From: Halomicronema hongdechloris C2206
Lineage (GTDB): Bacteria; Cyanobacteriota; Cyanobacteriia; Phormidesmidales; Phormidesmidaceae
Length of the DNA: 32,000 bases
Direction of reading: 5' to 3'
Assembly (NCBI RefSeq): GCF_002075285.3
Contig: NZ_CP021983.2
Location: 1,920,001-1,952,000, forward strand
The notes beneath the pieces are model-generated. The model did no database searches and had not been told where the DNA came from. It saw only the letters and a program-made list of their open reading frames with translations. Positions within the stretch are counted from its first letter, which is position 1, and each line of letters starts with the position of its first letter. The position numbers and the translations under genes are program-made. Positions 10,516-19,712 of this stretch are shown in pieces.

Positions 10516-10718
10516 GTAGCCCCCGCCCACATGAAGCCGATCGTAATTAGACAGCCCCCTGCCCCCCTGGGCAGCTCTTTGGCGCCCTTGGCTTTAAATC
10601 CATGACAACCGAATGCAACCGTGAACCGCTAATGACCCGTATGAACCTTTGAGTCAATCCCGATACCCTAAGCTACCAGATAAAGACGAGCTGCCTAACC
10701 TTGACACGTTACCCCACC

Positions 10719-11318
10719 ATGTCTTCCCTGTGGCCCTACTGCACCCCTGGCATTCCTGACCACTTGTTCCAGCAATTGCCGGGGATTCCCATGAGCAAAC
10801 GGGAAGTGCGCCTGCTACTGCTGGGCTATCTACGGCTCACCCCCGATGCCGTGCTGTGGGATATCGGCGCCGGCACCGGCACCATCGCTGTCGAGGTAGG
10901 GCTCCTCTGTCCCCGGGGTCGCATCGTAGCAGTAGAGCGGGATGCCGAGGTGGCCGATTTGATCCGCAAGAACTGCCAGCGTTTCGGCGTCACCAACGTC
11001 GATGTGGTGGAAGGTCAGGCCCCTGCCTGTTTGGCCAACCTACCCCATGCCCCCGATTGTGTGTTTGTCGAGGGGGGGCGCCCCCTGAAAGAGACCCTCA
11101 AAGCTGCCTGGAAACACCTGCCCGTCTCGGGCCGCCTGGTGGTGACCGCCAGCAACTTCGAGCATCTCTACACCACCTCAGAAACCTTTGCCGAACTGCG
11201 CATGGGCAATGTAGAAACCGCCCAACCCGCCGTCAACTGCCTAGAAACCCGGGGCAACCACCAGGTATTTGTGGCCATGGACCCGATCTTCATCATCAGT
11301 GGCGAAAAACTGGAGTGA
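10719..11318 (+). CDS. cbiT: Precorrin-6Y C5,15-methyltransferase (decarboxylating) subunit CbiT
   Basis: GIPDHLFQQLPGIPMSKREVRLLLLGYL is followed by the SAM motif LWDIGAGTGTIAVE. ATG 10719 is preferred over the upstream TTG at 10701 given in the ORF track. Confidence 0.8.
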   Translation: MSSLWPYCTPGIPDHLFQQLPGIPMSKREVRLLLLGYLRLTPDAVLWDIGAGTGTIAVEVGLLCPRGRIVAVERDAEVADLIRKNCQRFGVTNVDVVEGQAPACLANLPHAPDCVFVEGGRPLKETLKAAWKHLPVSGRLVVTASNFEHLYTTSETFAELRMGNVETAQPAVNCLETRGNHQVFVAMDPIFIISGEKLE

Positions 11319-11394
11319 GTGCCAAGCATTGACTGCGAATAGTGTTATCGCCACCTCCAAATGGCGGCTGTAACCCCTACCGACATCTTTGGCA

Positions 11395-14300
11395 CTATTG
11401 GGGCAGCTGCTGGTGCAGATATTGAGTGGCGTCTTCTGCAGACATGGCCCCTCGAAATAAATGGCCTTGACCTAGTTCACAGCCAAGGGCTGCTAACCAC
11501 TGCAGTTGTTGCGGGGTTTCAATCCCTTCGGCAATGGCTTTTAGATCTAATAAATTACTCAACGTGATGATGGACTCGGCAATGGTTTGGTTACGGCCAT
11601 CGACTTGGTCTGAGCTAACAAAGGTGCGATCAATTTTGAGATAGTCTACCGGCAGACGGTGTAAGTAACTCAGGGATGAATACCCCGTGCCGAAGTCATC
11701 GATGCTGAGCCGAACGCTCTGGGCCTTAATTTGCGCTAGTAGCTGGTAGGTAACATCGATATTTTCCATCAGCATACTTTCTGTAATTTCTAAGGCCAAG
11801 GAATTTTTCTGCAGATTACTGGCTGCCAGAGCCGTGGCTACATGCTTGAGAATAGGTCCTTGCAGTTGTTTGACTGACAAATTGACACTGATCTCTAGGA
11901 CCTGGCTGGGAAATACCGCTTGCCACTGGGTTAATTGCTGACAGGTTGTCTGCAAAATCCACTCACCAATGGGAATAATCAATCCCGTTTCTTCTGCCAC
12001 CCGAATAAATTCACCGGGCAGCATCAGCCCCTTTTGCGGATGTTGCCACCTCAACAATGCTTCAAAGCCTCGAACCTGCTGCGTTTTAAGGCAGACAATG
12101 GGCTGATAATGAAGCAAGAATTCTTGATTGCCTAGGGCTTTTCGCAAATCGTTCTCTATCTGAAGGCGCTGCATCATTTGCTGATGCATTTCTGGATCAA
12201 AGATGGCGTATTGTCCCCGTCCCTGTTGCTTAGCCTGGTACATGGCTAAATCTGAATTACGCACCAGTTCTTCGGCATTCTGATAGACAGCACTGCCCAC
12301 GACGATGCCGATGCTCGTATCTGTGAACACTTCATGGTCTGCTATCGGCAGGGGTAATTGCAAGATAGCCAAGATGCGCTCGGCAACGTCTACGGCTTGC
12401 GCAACATCGGTGATATCTTCTAACAGCAGCACAAATTCATCCCCGCCTAACCGCACGGCGAGGTCAGTATCACGAATCACCCTGCGCAAAATCGCGGCGA
12501 CCGAAATCAGCAACTCATCCCCGGCTAGATGCCCCAGACTATCGTTGATGACCTTGAAGTGATCCAGGTCTAAAAACATGACGGCAAACTGCGAGTGGCC
12601 ATGTCGTTTCGCTCGCTTCAAAGCCAAATCTAACCGTTCCATCAGCAGAGTACGGTTGGGCAGCCCCGTCAGGCGATCGTGTAGGGCATCATGCTTCAGC
12701 TGCTGTTCCATCTGCACCCGATCGCTGATTTCCCGGGAAGTGCTCTGCAGGTGAATCACCTGTCCTGCTGCATTCAGAATCGGCTGGGCAATCGTTTCTA
12801 GCCAGATATACTCCCCATTTTTTTGGCGGATGCGATAGGTGATAGATGTGGAGTGTCCTGCCAGGGCGACGGTGTGGCTGCTCCGGCGAATCAGCTCGCG
12901 ATCATCTGGGTGAAACAAGTCATAGGGATCTTGGCCAATCAAGTCTTCAGGAGGATACCCGAGTAAGGCTTGGCTGGATGGCGTGACGTAGAGATAGCGA
13001 CCATCAGGGGCGTGGAGACACACCAAATCGCTCATGTTTTCGGTGACGAGTCGTAGGGTTTCTTCGCTATCGCGTAGGGCCTGCTCCGCTTGCTTCAGCT
13101 TGGTAATATCGCGCCCGACGGATTGAATCTCAATCAACTGTCCAGAGTCATCGAAAATAGCTTCGTTGAGCCATTGGGTCCATCCCACCTGGCCATCGGC
13201 CCGAATATCTCGATTTTCCACGAAGCAACGGGGATTGTCGGGACTGAGCTTGCTGAGTGCTTGGAAAGCACCTTGCTCTAGGTCATCTACGTTGGCAAAG
13301 TCGTTCCATGGCTTGCCGACGATCTTATCCAGGGACACCCCAAGTGCCTTACACAGGGCAGGGTTGGCAAAGGTAATGGTGGTGTCGGGGCGCGATCGCA
13401 AAATAAAGTCGGTTTGGGCTTCGACCACTTTGCGATAGCGGACCTCGCTGTCTCGTAGTGCCCTTTCCGAGGCCTTGCGATCGCTGATGTCGCGCACCAT
13501 TAACAGGACTTCATCCTCATCGCTTTTAACCACCCGCACCTCCTCATGCCGCGGATGATCGTCCACGACAAGGGTTTGCTCGTACACTTGAATTTCTCCG
13601 GTGGCTAGCGCCTGCTGCAAATAGTGCATCTGGCGTTCAGCAATATCAGCCGGTAGCAGCTCTGCCATGGTGTGACCGGCAATGTCTCTGTCTGGAACCA
13701 GGGTTGACTCTCGATGGGGGACAACGAAACCGCGATAGACACCATCGGCCCCGACCCGAAACATGAAATCAGGCACAGCAGCTAAGATGGCCCGGTTTTG
13801 AGCATCTTGTTGCTGGAGTTGCCATTCAATCTCCTTTCGGCGCCTGACTTCTCGCCGTAGGGCCCGGTTCCACAGGGCAAAGCAGAGCAAGCCAATGATT
13901 GGGGTATAGACCGCAATGTGCGTCAGATGATGGCGCACCACCTGCTGCCACCCCACTCCCCTCTCTGGCTGCAGCCATCGCTCCAGAGCCCGATAGTAGA
14001 CGGAATTTGAGTCTCTAGTTAGTACCTGCAGCTGGTTGTCAATCGCGGCCAGGAGGTGGGAATTGTCTCCCTTCGCCGTAATAAAGTGCACCCTGGTCGG
14101 GCTAATCAAAATATTGGTGCGTTTGACCTGGTACTCGGCGCTGGCCATTTCGCCAAAAAAGCGGTTGACAACCCCAGCATCGACGGCTCGTTGCTGCAGC
14201 AACTCAAACATGGCCTCAAAGCTAGCCACTTCGACGAACTGGGGTTGGATGTCGAAGGACTCAGCCTGGGTTGCCAAAGCCTCATATTGAATACTGTCGC

Positions 14301-14727
14301 GCAGTACGGCTACCCGTTTCTGGTCCAAATCGAGAATCGATTCGATCTCAACATCAGGGTGAGTATAGACGGCAGACCAACTGGCAAAGACGACTTCTTG
14401 GTTGAAGTCGAAGCGCTGGTCGCGACTCTCGGAATAGGCCACGTCCACCATTAGATCTAAATGCCCTTGGTCTACTGCCTCCAGGCAAGCGTCCCAATCA
14501 CAGGGCACATATTCCACCGTCCACTCTTCTGACTGGGCCATGGCATCCAGCAGGTCTACCCAAAAGCCCTGGGGATTGCCAGTGCCATCAATGAACACCT
14601 TGGGCGGATTTTGATAGATCCCTACCTCGACTGTCTCAGTCTCAGCCGCTGGGGCTGCTGGGATAACTCTTGTTCCCAACACCACTAGCCCGGCTAGATA
14701 ACCGCCATGGGTAACTGTAAGATGCAT
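11395..14727 (-). CDS. Membrane-anchored sensor: periplasmic solute-binding (SBP family 3-like) domain, TM helix, multiple PAS domains, GGDEF and EAL
   Basis: The N-terminal SBP-like region (VEVGIYQNPPKVFID...) is followed by a TM helix (IAVYTPIIGLLCFALW) and several PAS-like blocks. GGDEF is intact (RLGGDEFVLLL) with an RxxD I-site (RDTD) 5 residues upstream. EAL is intact (FEALLRW, DDFGTGYSSL, KIDRTFV, EGIET). Confidence 0.9.
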   Translation of the reverse strand: MHLTVTHGGYLAGLVVLGTRVIPAAPAAETETVEVGIYQNPPKVFIDGTGNPQGFWVDLLDAMAQSEEWTVEYVPCDWDACLEAVDQGHLDLMVDVAYSESRDQRFDFNQEVVFASWSAVYTHPDVEIESILDLDQKRVAVLRDSIQYEALATQAESFDIQPQFVEVASFEAMFELLQQRAVDAGVVNRFFGEMASAEYQVKRTNILISPTRVHFITAKGDNSHLLAAIDNQLQVLTRDSNSVYYRALERWLQPERGVGWQQVVRHHLTHIAVYTPIIGLLCFALWNRALRREVRRRKEIEWQLQQQDAQNRAILAAVPDFMFRVGADGVYRGFVVPHRESTLVPDRDIAGHTMAELLPADIAERQMHYLQQALATGEIQVYEQTLVVDDHPRHEEVRVVKSDEDEVLLMVRDISDRKASERALRDSEVRYRKVVEAQTDFILRSRPDTTITFANPALCKALGVSLDKIVGKPWNDFANVDDLEQGAFQALSKLSPDNPRCFVENRDIRADGQVGWTQWLNEAIFDDSGQLIEIQSVGRDITKLKQAEQALRDSEETLRLVTENMSDLVCLHAPDGRYLYVTPSSQALLGYPPEDLIGQDPYDLFHPDDRELIRRSSHTVALAGHSTSITYRIRQKNGEYIWLETIAQPILNAAGQVIHLQSTSREISDRVQMEQQLKHDALHDRLTGLPNRTLLMERLDLALKRAKRHGHSQFAVMFLDLDHFKVINDSLGHLAGDELLISVAAILRRVIRDTDLAVRLGGDEFVLLLEDITDVAQAVDVAERILAILQLPLPIADHEVFTDTSIGIVVGSAVYQNAEELVRNSDLAMYQAKQQGRGQYAIFDPEMHQQMMQRLQIENDLRKALGNQEFLLHYQPIVCLKTQQVRGFEALLRWQHPQKGLMLPGEFIRVAEETGLIIPIGEWILQTTCQQLTQWQAVFPSQVLEISVNLSVKQLQGPILKHVATALAASNLQKNSLALEITESMLMENIDVTYQLLAQIKAQSVRLSIDDFGTGYSSLSYLHRLPVDYLKIDRTFVSSDQVDGRNQTIAESIITLSNLLDLKAIAEGIETPQQLQWLAALGCELGQGHLFRGAMSAEDATQYLHQQLPQ

Positions 14728-15042
14728 AGTCTATACAGGGTTAGCCTTGGCGAAAGAACGCCTCGGACTAGGCAGCCGGGAGCATGCAACTACCCGTTGC
14801 GGAGTCGACAGCACCCAGATTTGATTGCATCTAGTTGTCATGGGCAGGGAAACTAGGAAGCCATAAAACTGGCAAGGGTCGCGGCTATCACCAGGTCCTC
14901 GGGAACTATCTAGCGCCTGATTGTCTCAAGCTCAATATTAATTGCTATGGTAAAGCCTAACCTCAGATCAATCATCTCATTGTTTGCGGGTCGACCTCGG
15001 CCCACGGGGTGGTGCTGAGCTTGAGGTCTCCCCTTATTTCAT

Positions 15043-15480
15043 TTATTTCATAATCAACGTGATGCCAGCCAGGAGCAGGCCCAGCCCCACTGCCTTCATG
15101 GCGGTGAGGGGGCGCACCTCGGCTCCGAACCAACCCTGAGCGTCGATCAATAGGCCCAAAATAAATTGAGAGGAGACGATCAGGGTAAAGCCGGTGACTA
15201 GACCCAGGCGGGGAATCACATAGCCAATGGTGCCGACGACGACAATGCCCAACACGCCACTGGTGAGCACATACCAGGGCACCGTATGCCAGGCCTGCAG
15301 GTTGCCCCAGCGGCTGGCCAGCATAATGGCCGCCATGATGCCGCCGCCGCCCACGTAGGTGATAAAAATGCTTTCGCGAGTGCCGATGGTCTGGTCCATG
15401 ACGCCCATGAACTGCCCTTGGATGGCCACGGCGATGCCCCCTGCGATCGCAACGATTATCAGCAGTAAAGTGGTGACCAT
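15043..15480 (-). CDS. Small DMT-superfamily membrane protein (YdcZ/DUF606-like)
   Basis: It is a 145-aa, very hydrophobic protein with about 5 TM helices, and its glycine-rich helices resemble YdcZ-type half transporters. It starts 19 nt downstream of hisA on the same strand. Confidence 0.7.
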   Translation of the reverse strand: MVTTLLLIIVAIAGGIAVAIQGQFMGVMDQTIGTRESIFITYVGGGGIMAAIMLASRWGNLQAWHTVPWYVLTSGVLGIVVVGTIGYVIPRLGLVTGFTLIVSSQFILGLLIDAQGWFGAEVRPLTAMKAVGLGLLLAGITLIMK

Positions 15481-15499
15481 AGTCTAACCAGAAGATGGA

Positions 15500-16270
15500 T
15501 CAGCCAAAGGTGGACCCAGAGATGGGGGGCACGTCTTGCCAGCGCCCTGGCCCAATAGCCCGCACCGCTTCTTTCAGGGAAATGTCGCCGGTATAGAGGG
15601 CTTTGCCGATGATCACCCCGGCCACGCCGGAGGGCTCTAGGGTCAGCAACTTCAAGAGATCTCGCAGGGAACTGACGCCGCCGGAGGCAATCACCGGAAT
15701 CGCCACGGCAGTGGCTACGGCCCTGAGGGCCTCCAGGTTGGGCCCTTGCAGGGTGCCATCCCGTTGAATGTCGGTGTAGATGATGGCGGCGGCTCCCTGG
15801 GTGGTCATTTGCTGGGCCAGCTCCAGGGCATCGATTTCTGAGGTTTCCAGCCAGCCGCGGGTGGCCACTTTGCCGTTGCGGGCATCGATGCCGACGATGA
15901 TGCGATCGCAAAACTCCCGGCTCAATTCACCCACCAACTGAGGCTGTTCCACCGCCACCGTGCCCAAAATGGCATAGCGAACCCCCAACTCAAACAGGTC
16001 CGCCACCTGCTGGCGATGGCGTAGGCCCCCACCCACCTGCACCGGCACCTCGACGGCCTCGACGATGGCTTCGAGGGCTCGCCAGTTCTGGGGCTGCCCT
16101 AGCTTGGCCCCGTCTAGATCGACCAAGTGCAGCCGGGTCGCCCCTTGCTCCACCCACTGCTTGGCCACCGCCACCGGATCCTCGTTGAATACCTGAGACC
16201 GGTCATAGTCTCCCTGGTAGAGGCGAACGCAGCGGCCATCCAGTAAATCAATTGCAGGAATCACATCCAT
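15500..16270 (-). CDS. hisA: 1-(5-phosphoribosyl)-5-[(5-phosphoribosylamino)methylideneamino]imidazole-4-carboxamide isomerase
   Basis: [22 protein letters not shown] is a canonical HisA N-terminus, and IQVGGGLR and ASGGVSSL motifs are present. ATG 16270 is preferred over the GTG at 16291. Confidence 0.9.
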   Translation of the reverse strand: MDVIPAIDLLDGRCVRLYQGDYDRSQVFNEDPVAVAKQWVEQGATRLHLVDLDGAKLGQPQNWRALEAIVEAVEVPVQVGGGLRHRQQVADLFELGVRYAILGTVAVEQPQLVGELSREFCDRIIVGIDARNGKVATRGWLETSEIDALELAQQMTTQGAAAIIYTDIQRDGTLQGPNLEALRAVATAVAIPVIASGGVSSLRDLLKLLTLEPSGVAGVIIGKALYTGDISLKEAVRAIGPGRWQDVPPISGSTFG

Positions 16271-16299
16271 AGCACGGGCCCGATTAACCACCGTTTATT

Positions 16300-17484
16300 C
16301 TAAACCACGGTTTCCGCCTGCTGCCGCATCAACCGCTGCACCGCCGCTAAAGCAGAATTCAGCTCCGGCCCCTGGGCCTGGGGATCGGCCCAAAACGCCT
16401 GTTGTTCCTGCTCTAGCATCACCACATCTTGCGCCACCAAGCCATCTAACAGCGGCTGGGCGGCACCAAACAGGCGGGTTTTGAGCCAGCGGCGGAACGT
16501 CACTGGCAGCTTATGGAGTCGGTGAAAGGCATGCAGCGAGGTGAAATGGAGCAAGTAGGCCCGGGTATGGGCCAGATCCACCGGACAGAACAGGCAGCAG
16601 ATCTTGAAATCTTGCCCCAGGGTGGCCACCCAATTGGGATAGACGTAGCTGACATCGAGGGGCTCTGGATGCAACTGCCGCAGGGCCGGAATGAATAGCT
16701 GCGAGACCGACCAAATCTTATCGATGCGGTAGTAACTCTGGGCCTGATAGTGGGCATCTACCCGCTCTGAGGTTGCCTGCAGGTGCTTGAGAATCGGATC
16801 TTTCCAGGCCTGATAGTCGTCGTGGAGATGACCATGGTACATGTCCATCAGGTTCTCGATCAGAAACGAATAGTGGGCGTTCACATCAATCACCGAGACG
16901 GTGACGATGTAATTCAGGTGATCCCATTCCGGCAACGGCAATGGTGCCACCCCTCGAGACGCCATGGCGTCCGTGTTCCCCGGAAAGATCCAGATGAAGC
17001 CGTCTTGTTCCCGCACCGGATAGGGCCGCACCCCACAGTTGGGTAGCCGTTGCTTCTCGCCCAGGTAGGGAATATGGACACAGGCGCCGGCGGCATCAAA
17101 CTGCCAGCCGTGGTAAGCGCAGACGAGCCGATCGCCATTCACTTGCCCCTGGCTCAGGCGCACCTGCCGATGAGGACAGCGATCTGCCAGGGCCTGCACC
17201 TGTCCCTGGCTATCGCGATAGAGCACCACGGGTTGCTGCCAGAGCACCACCCCATGGGGACGCTGACCCACCTCATCGCTGCGGGCAACGGCGTACCAGT
17301 GGTTGGGATTGATCGATAACTGCCGCAGTTGATTGCGCTTGGAGACAGCCTCAGTTGACGGCGATGGACCTCGCCGCCCTGAGTCGGATGCGCCATGATG
17401 CTTAATCTCTTGGATACCGTCCATTGCCATCTCCTGCCCCAACTGCATGGTCTGACGTTTGCCTTGCCGTACTAGGTTCGTCAC
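16300..17484 (-). CDS. Rieske [2Fe-2S] non-haem iron oxygenase, PAO/Tic55-like family
   Basis: The Rieske motif is CPHRQVRLSQGQVNGDRLVCAYHGWQF. The mononuclear iron motif is ENLMDMYHGHLHDD. The start is uncertain: GTG 17484, or ATG 17448 or 17430. Confidence 0.85.
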   Translation of the reverse strand: MTNLVRQGKRQTMQLGQEMAMDGIQEIKHHGASDSGRRGPSPSTEAVSKRNQLRQLSINPNHWYAVARSDEVGQRPHGVVLWQQPVVLYRDSQGQVQALADRCPHRQVRLSQGQVNGDRLVCAYHGWQFDAAGACVHIPYLGEKQRLPNCGVRPYPVREQDGFIWIFPGNTDAMASRGVAPLPLPEWDHLNYIVTVSVIDVNAHYSFLIENLMDMYHGHLHDDYQAWKDPILKHLQATSERVDAHYQAQSYYRIDKIWSVSQLFIPALRQLHPEPLDVSYVYPNWVATLGQDFKICCLFCPVDLAHTRAYLLHFTSLHAFHRLHKLPVTFRRWLKTRLFGAAQPLLDGLVAQDVVMLEQEQQAFWADPQAQGPELNSALAAVQRLMRQQAETVV

Positions 17485-17491
17485 TTACAGC

Positions 17492-17953
17492 CTAGATTTT
17501 CAAGATCCCTTCCGGGTTCACCGACAACAGCGGTCGCCGCTGCACCCCCTGCCGCTGCAGGATCGTATTGGCTGCCAGCAGGCCACTGCTGACGGCCCGC
17601 TCCATCAGGCCGCAAGGGAATGGCATTTTCACCCAATCCCCGGCAAAAATCAGGTTGGGGACTGCGGTGCTGGTCTCTGGTCGCTGGGCGAAGCTTCCCG
17701 GCGGGAAGCCGGCGAAGTTTTTCTGGTTGACCAATTGCCGATGCAACATCTGGGCCTGGCGCAACGACGGCACAATCTCATAGAGTTCGGCTTCGAAGGT
17801 GGCTAACAGATCAGCCTGGGTGGGGAATTCGGTTTCTTTGTAGCAATAGGCATGCAGTTCCACCACACTGCCGCCGGTCTTGTCTGCCCAGGCGATGTAA
17901 TCGTCCTGGATGCGGTGGTAGAGGGTAATGCTGTCGGTGAGCGTCAGCCACAT
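17492..17953 (-). CDS. C-terminal fragment of an FAD-dependent (amine oxidase / phytoene desaturase-like) oxidoreductase, continuing 17962-19440 in another frame
   Basis: NLIFAGDWVKMPFPCGLMERAVSSGLLAANTIL is the typical C-terminal FAD-binding segment of this fold. There is no N-terminal Rossmann motif of its own. It begins 8 nt after the stop of the upstream fragment. Confidence 0.7.
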   Translation of the reverse strand: MWLTLTDSITLYHRIQDDYIAWADKTGGSVVELHAYCYKETEFPTQADLLATFEAELYEIVPSLRQAQMLHRQLVNQKNFAGFPPGSFAQRPETSTAVPNLIFAGDWVKMPFPCGLMERAVSSGLLAANTILQRQGVQRRPLLSVNPEGILKI

Positions 17954-17961
17954 CGAGGGCC

Positions 17962-19440
17962 TTACAGCTGTGCTCCCACTCGAAGTCGCGATCGAACAAA
18001 GCGAGCCACGGCGAAGGGATCGGCCACTTGCAGTTGCGCCACTTGGGCGGCCACGGTGGGATTGACGGTGCCCGCCGATAGGGCAAACAGGTGCTGAATC
18101 CCAGGAATATCGGCGGCCAGCACGTAGTAATCAGCGGTGAGGGGGTCACTGGTCGTCGTTGGGGGCGCTGCGATCGCAACCAGTTGGATGCGATCCCCCT
18201 GTCGTTGCACCACCCGATAGCGGCCCAAGTTTTCCCGGGCTGGCCCCTGCAGCACCTGGCCCTGGCCATTGTAGGTGGCACCATGGCAGGGACAAGTAAA
18301 GCCGGTGTCCAGGGTGGCTCCCTGCTGCTGCACACTGCACCCCTGATGGGTACAGGTGAGAGACAGGGCCGTATCGCTGTCAGCGGCCAGGGCAAAGAGT
18401 TGATCACCAGCCCCAAAGTACTCAACCCCTTCCGCTTGCAGCAGTGGATTGCGGTCCAGCCAAAACGGCACCGCCGTCGCGGCCGGGTTGCCCTGTTCAT
18501 AGGTCAGCCCCGCCAGCTGTCCGTCTTGCCACCGCAGTTGGCTGACAGTGACGCTAGTCAACACGCGACCACCGTTGGCCTCAATCGCGGCCACCATGGG
18601 ATCGACCAGGCTGCGACCCATGTCTTGACAAGTGCCGTTAAAGGCCAACCCCTCAGGATTGCCGAAGAAGTAGAAATGGAAGAATTGCATCAACTCCCCA
18701 GCACTGAGGCGATCGGGGGCGTTGAGACTGGACTTGGCAAAGGGCAAAAAGTAGAGCTCGTAGAGCCCTTGGGGAAAGTCTTGGGCCACCCAGTCAGCCA
18801 CCGACAGATCATCGAGGCGCTGGTAGCTCTGGGGGTTACGGAAACCCGTGATCTCTCGAAAGACTTGCAGGTGCTTGATGTTGACCAAGTTAATGCCCCA
18901 GCTAAACCGATTTGGCGATGAGATCGCCAGGTCGATGACATTCCAGGGAAAGGCGGAATGGCTAGGGCGAAACACCTCAGGATCATAGTGGTCTTTGTAG
19001 ACCACAGAATAGAAATTCAGCGATTTGAAATTCTGGCGAATATTGAGTTCATCCACCAGATTGAACAGGTTGTAGTACTGGGGAAAGAAGCCATGGAAGC
19101 CATGTTCCATCATGAAGTGCTCGTCCCCTACCTGGATTGGCCAGCTGGCAATCTTGCCCCCCAGCTGCGGGGAGCGCTCTAGCAGCGTGACGGCGACGCC
19201 CCGTTGGCTGAGTTCATAGGCCGTGGCCAATCCAGCCAGGCCACCGCCGACAATAACAGCGGTCACGGGCGGTTGCACCTGCTGGGGTAAGGACAGGCGA
19301 TCTTGCTGGAACACCGTAGGCTGCGGCTTTTTCAGACGGGAATAGCCGATTAAACCAGCCGCGCCGCTAATCCCAAAGAGTTTAAGAACCGTTCGACGAG
19401 TCAGTGCTTGCGAGAAGAAGGAGTCTAAGGATTGGCTCAT
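17962..19440 (-). CDS. N-terminal fragment of a Tat-signal FAD-dependent oxidoreductase with an inserted Rieske [2Fe-2S] domain
   Basis: The twin-arginine motif is TRRTVLKLFGISGAAGL. The dinucleotide fold is VIVGGGLAGLATAYELSQRGVAVTLLERSPQLGGK. The Rieske ligands are CTHQGC...CPCHG. ATG 19440 is preferred to GTG 19455. The fragment ends at a stop at 17962-17964, before the expected C-terminal FAD segment. Confidence 0.75.
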   Translation of the reverse strand: MSQSLDSFFSQALTRRTVLKLFGISGAAGLIGYSRLKKPQPTVFQQDRLSLPQQVQPPVTAVIVGGGLAGLATAYELSQRGVAVTLLERSPQLGGKIASWPIQVGDEHFMMEHGFHGFFPQYYNLFNLVDELNIRQNFKSLNFYSVVYKDHYDPEVFRPSHSAFPWNVIDLAISSPNRFSWGINLVNIKHLQVFREITGFRNPQSYQRLDDLSVADWVAQDFPQGLYELYFLPFAKSSLNAPDRLSAGELMQFFHFYFFGNPEGLAFNGTCQDMGRSLVDPMVAAIEANGGRVLTSVTVSQLRWQDGQLAGLTYEQGNPAATAVPFWLDRNPLLQAEGVEYFGAGDQLFALAADSDTALSLTCTHQGCSVQQQGATLDTGFTCPCHGATYNGQGQVLQGPARENLGRYRVVQRQGDRIQLVAIAAPPTTTSDPLTADYYVLAADIPGIQHLFALSAGTVNPTVAAQVAQLQVADPFAVARFVRSRLRVGAQL

Positions 19441-19712
19441 TGACACACACACCACACATAAAGGCCAGTCGGCAGCAGCCGTTCAGTTACCTGTGCTGGC
19501 AACTGGGGCATGGGCTACCAGACCCGAGGGAAATGGCTACAGGGCAGCCCTTCCGCAGGGTCCAGGGCGGTAGTTCGACAGCCTGTCCTGAGCAATGCCG
19601 AAGGGCTCACCACAAGCAGTTCGGCGGGCTCACCACAAGCAATATGCCCCGTAAAAAAACTAAGAAGCGACATTTCCCCAAGTTGCTTGGCTAGCAAGAT
19701 GGAGCACCGGCA

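Noticed and set aside
10559-10580. The hairpin CTGCCC-ccct-GGGCAG followed by CTCTTTGG after the decarboxylase gene, as a possible intrinsic terminator.
   Set aside because: The stem is only 6 bp and the T-tract is weak and interrupted, so the support is not strong enough to annotate.
10516-10718. A possible cobalamin riboswitch upstream of cbiT.
   Set aside because: I could not find a B12-box-like core or the expected paired elements. The spacer only shows loose AACC/ACCG repeats.
10856-11332. A 158-aa Arg/Pro/Gly-rich ORF in an alternative frame of cbiT.
   Set aside because: This is a typical high-GC out-of-frame ORF. The cbiT frame carries the SAM-binding motif and the family N-terminus.
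11361-11567. A 68-aa + strand ORF between cbiT and the convergent GGDEF-EAL gene.
   Set aside because: It lies almost entirely antisense to the well-supported EAL-domain 3' end and has no SD.
15459-15911. A 150-aa - strand ORF overlapping hisA and the DMT gene.
   Set aside because: Its Arg/His/Pro-rich composition marks it as a frame artefact in GC-rich DNA, and both overlapped genes have strong family motifs.
17811-18500. A 229-aa - strand ORF overlapping both FAD-oxidoreductase fragments.
   Set aside because: It is low-complexity and out of frame. Only its short LFDRDFEWEHS stretch is informative, and that is used in the frameshift finding.
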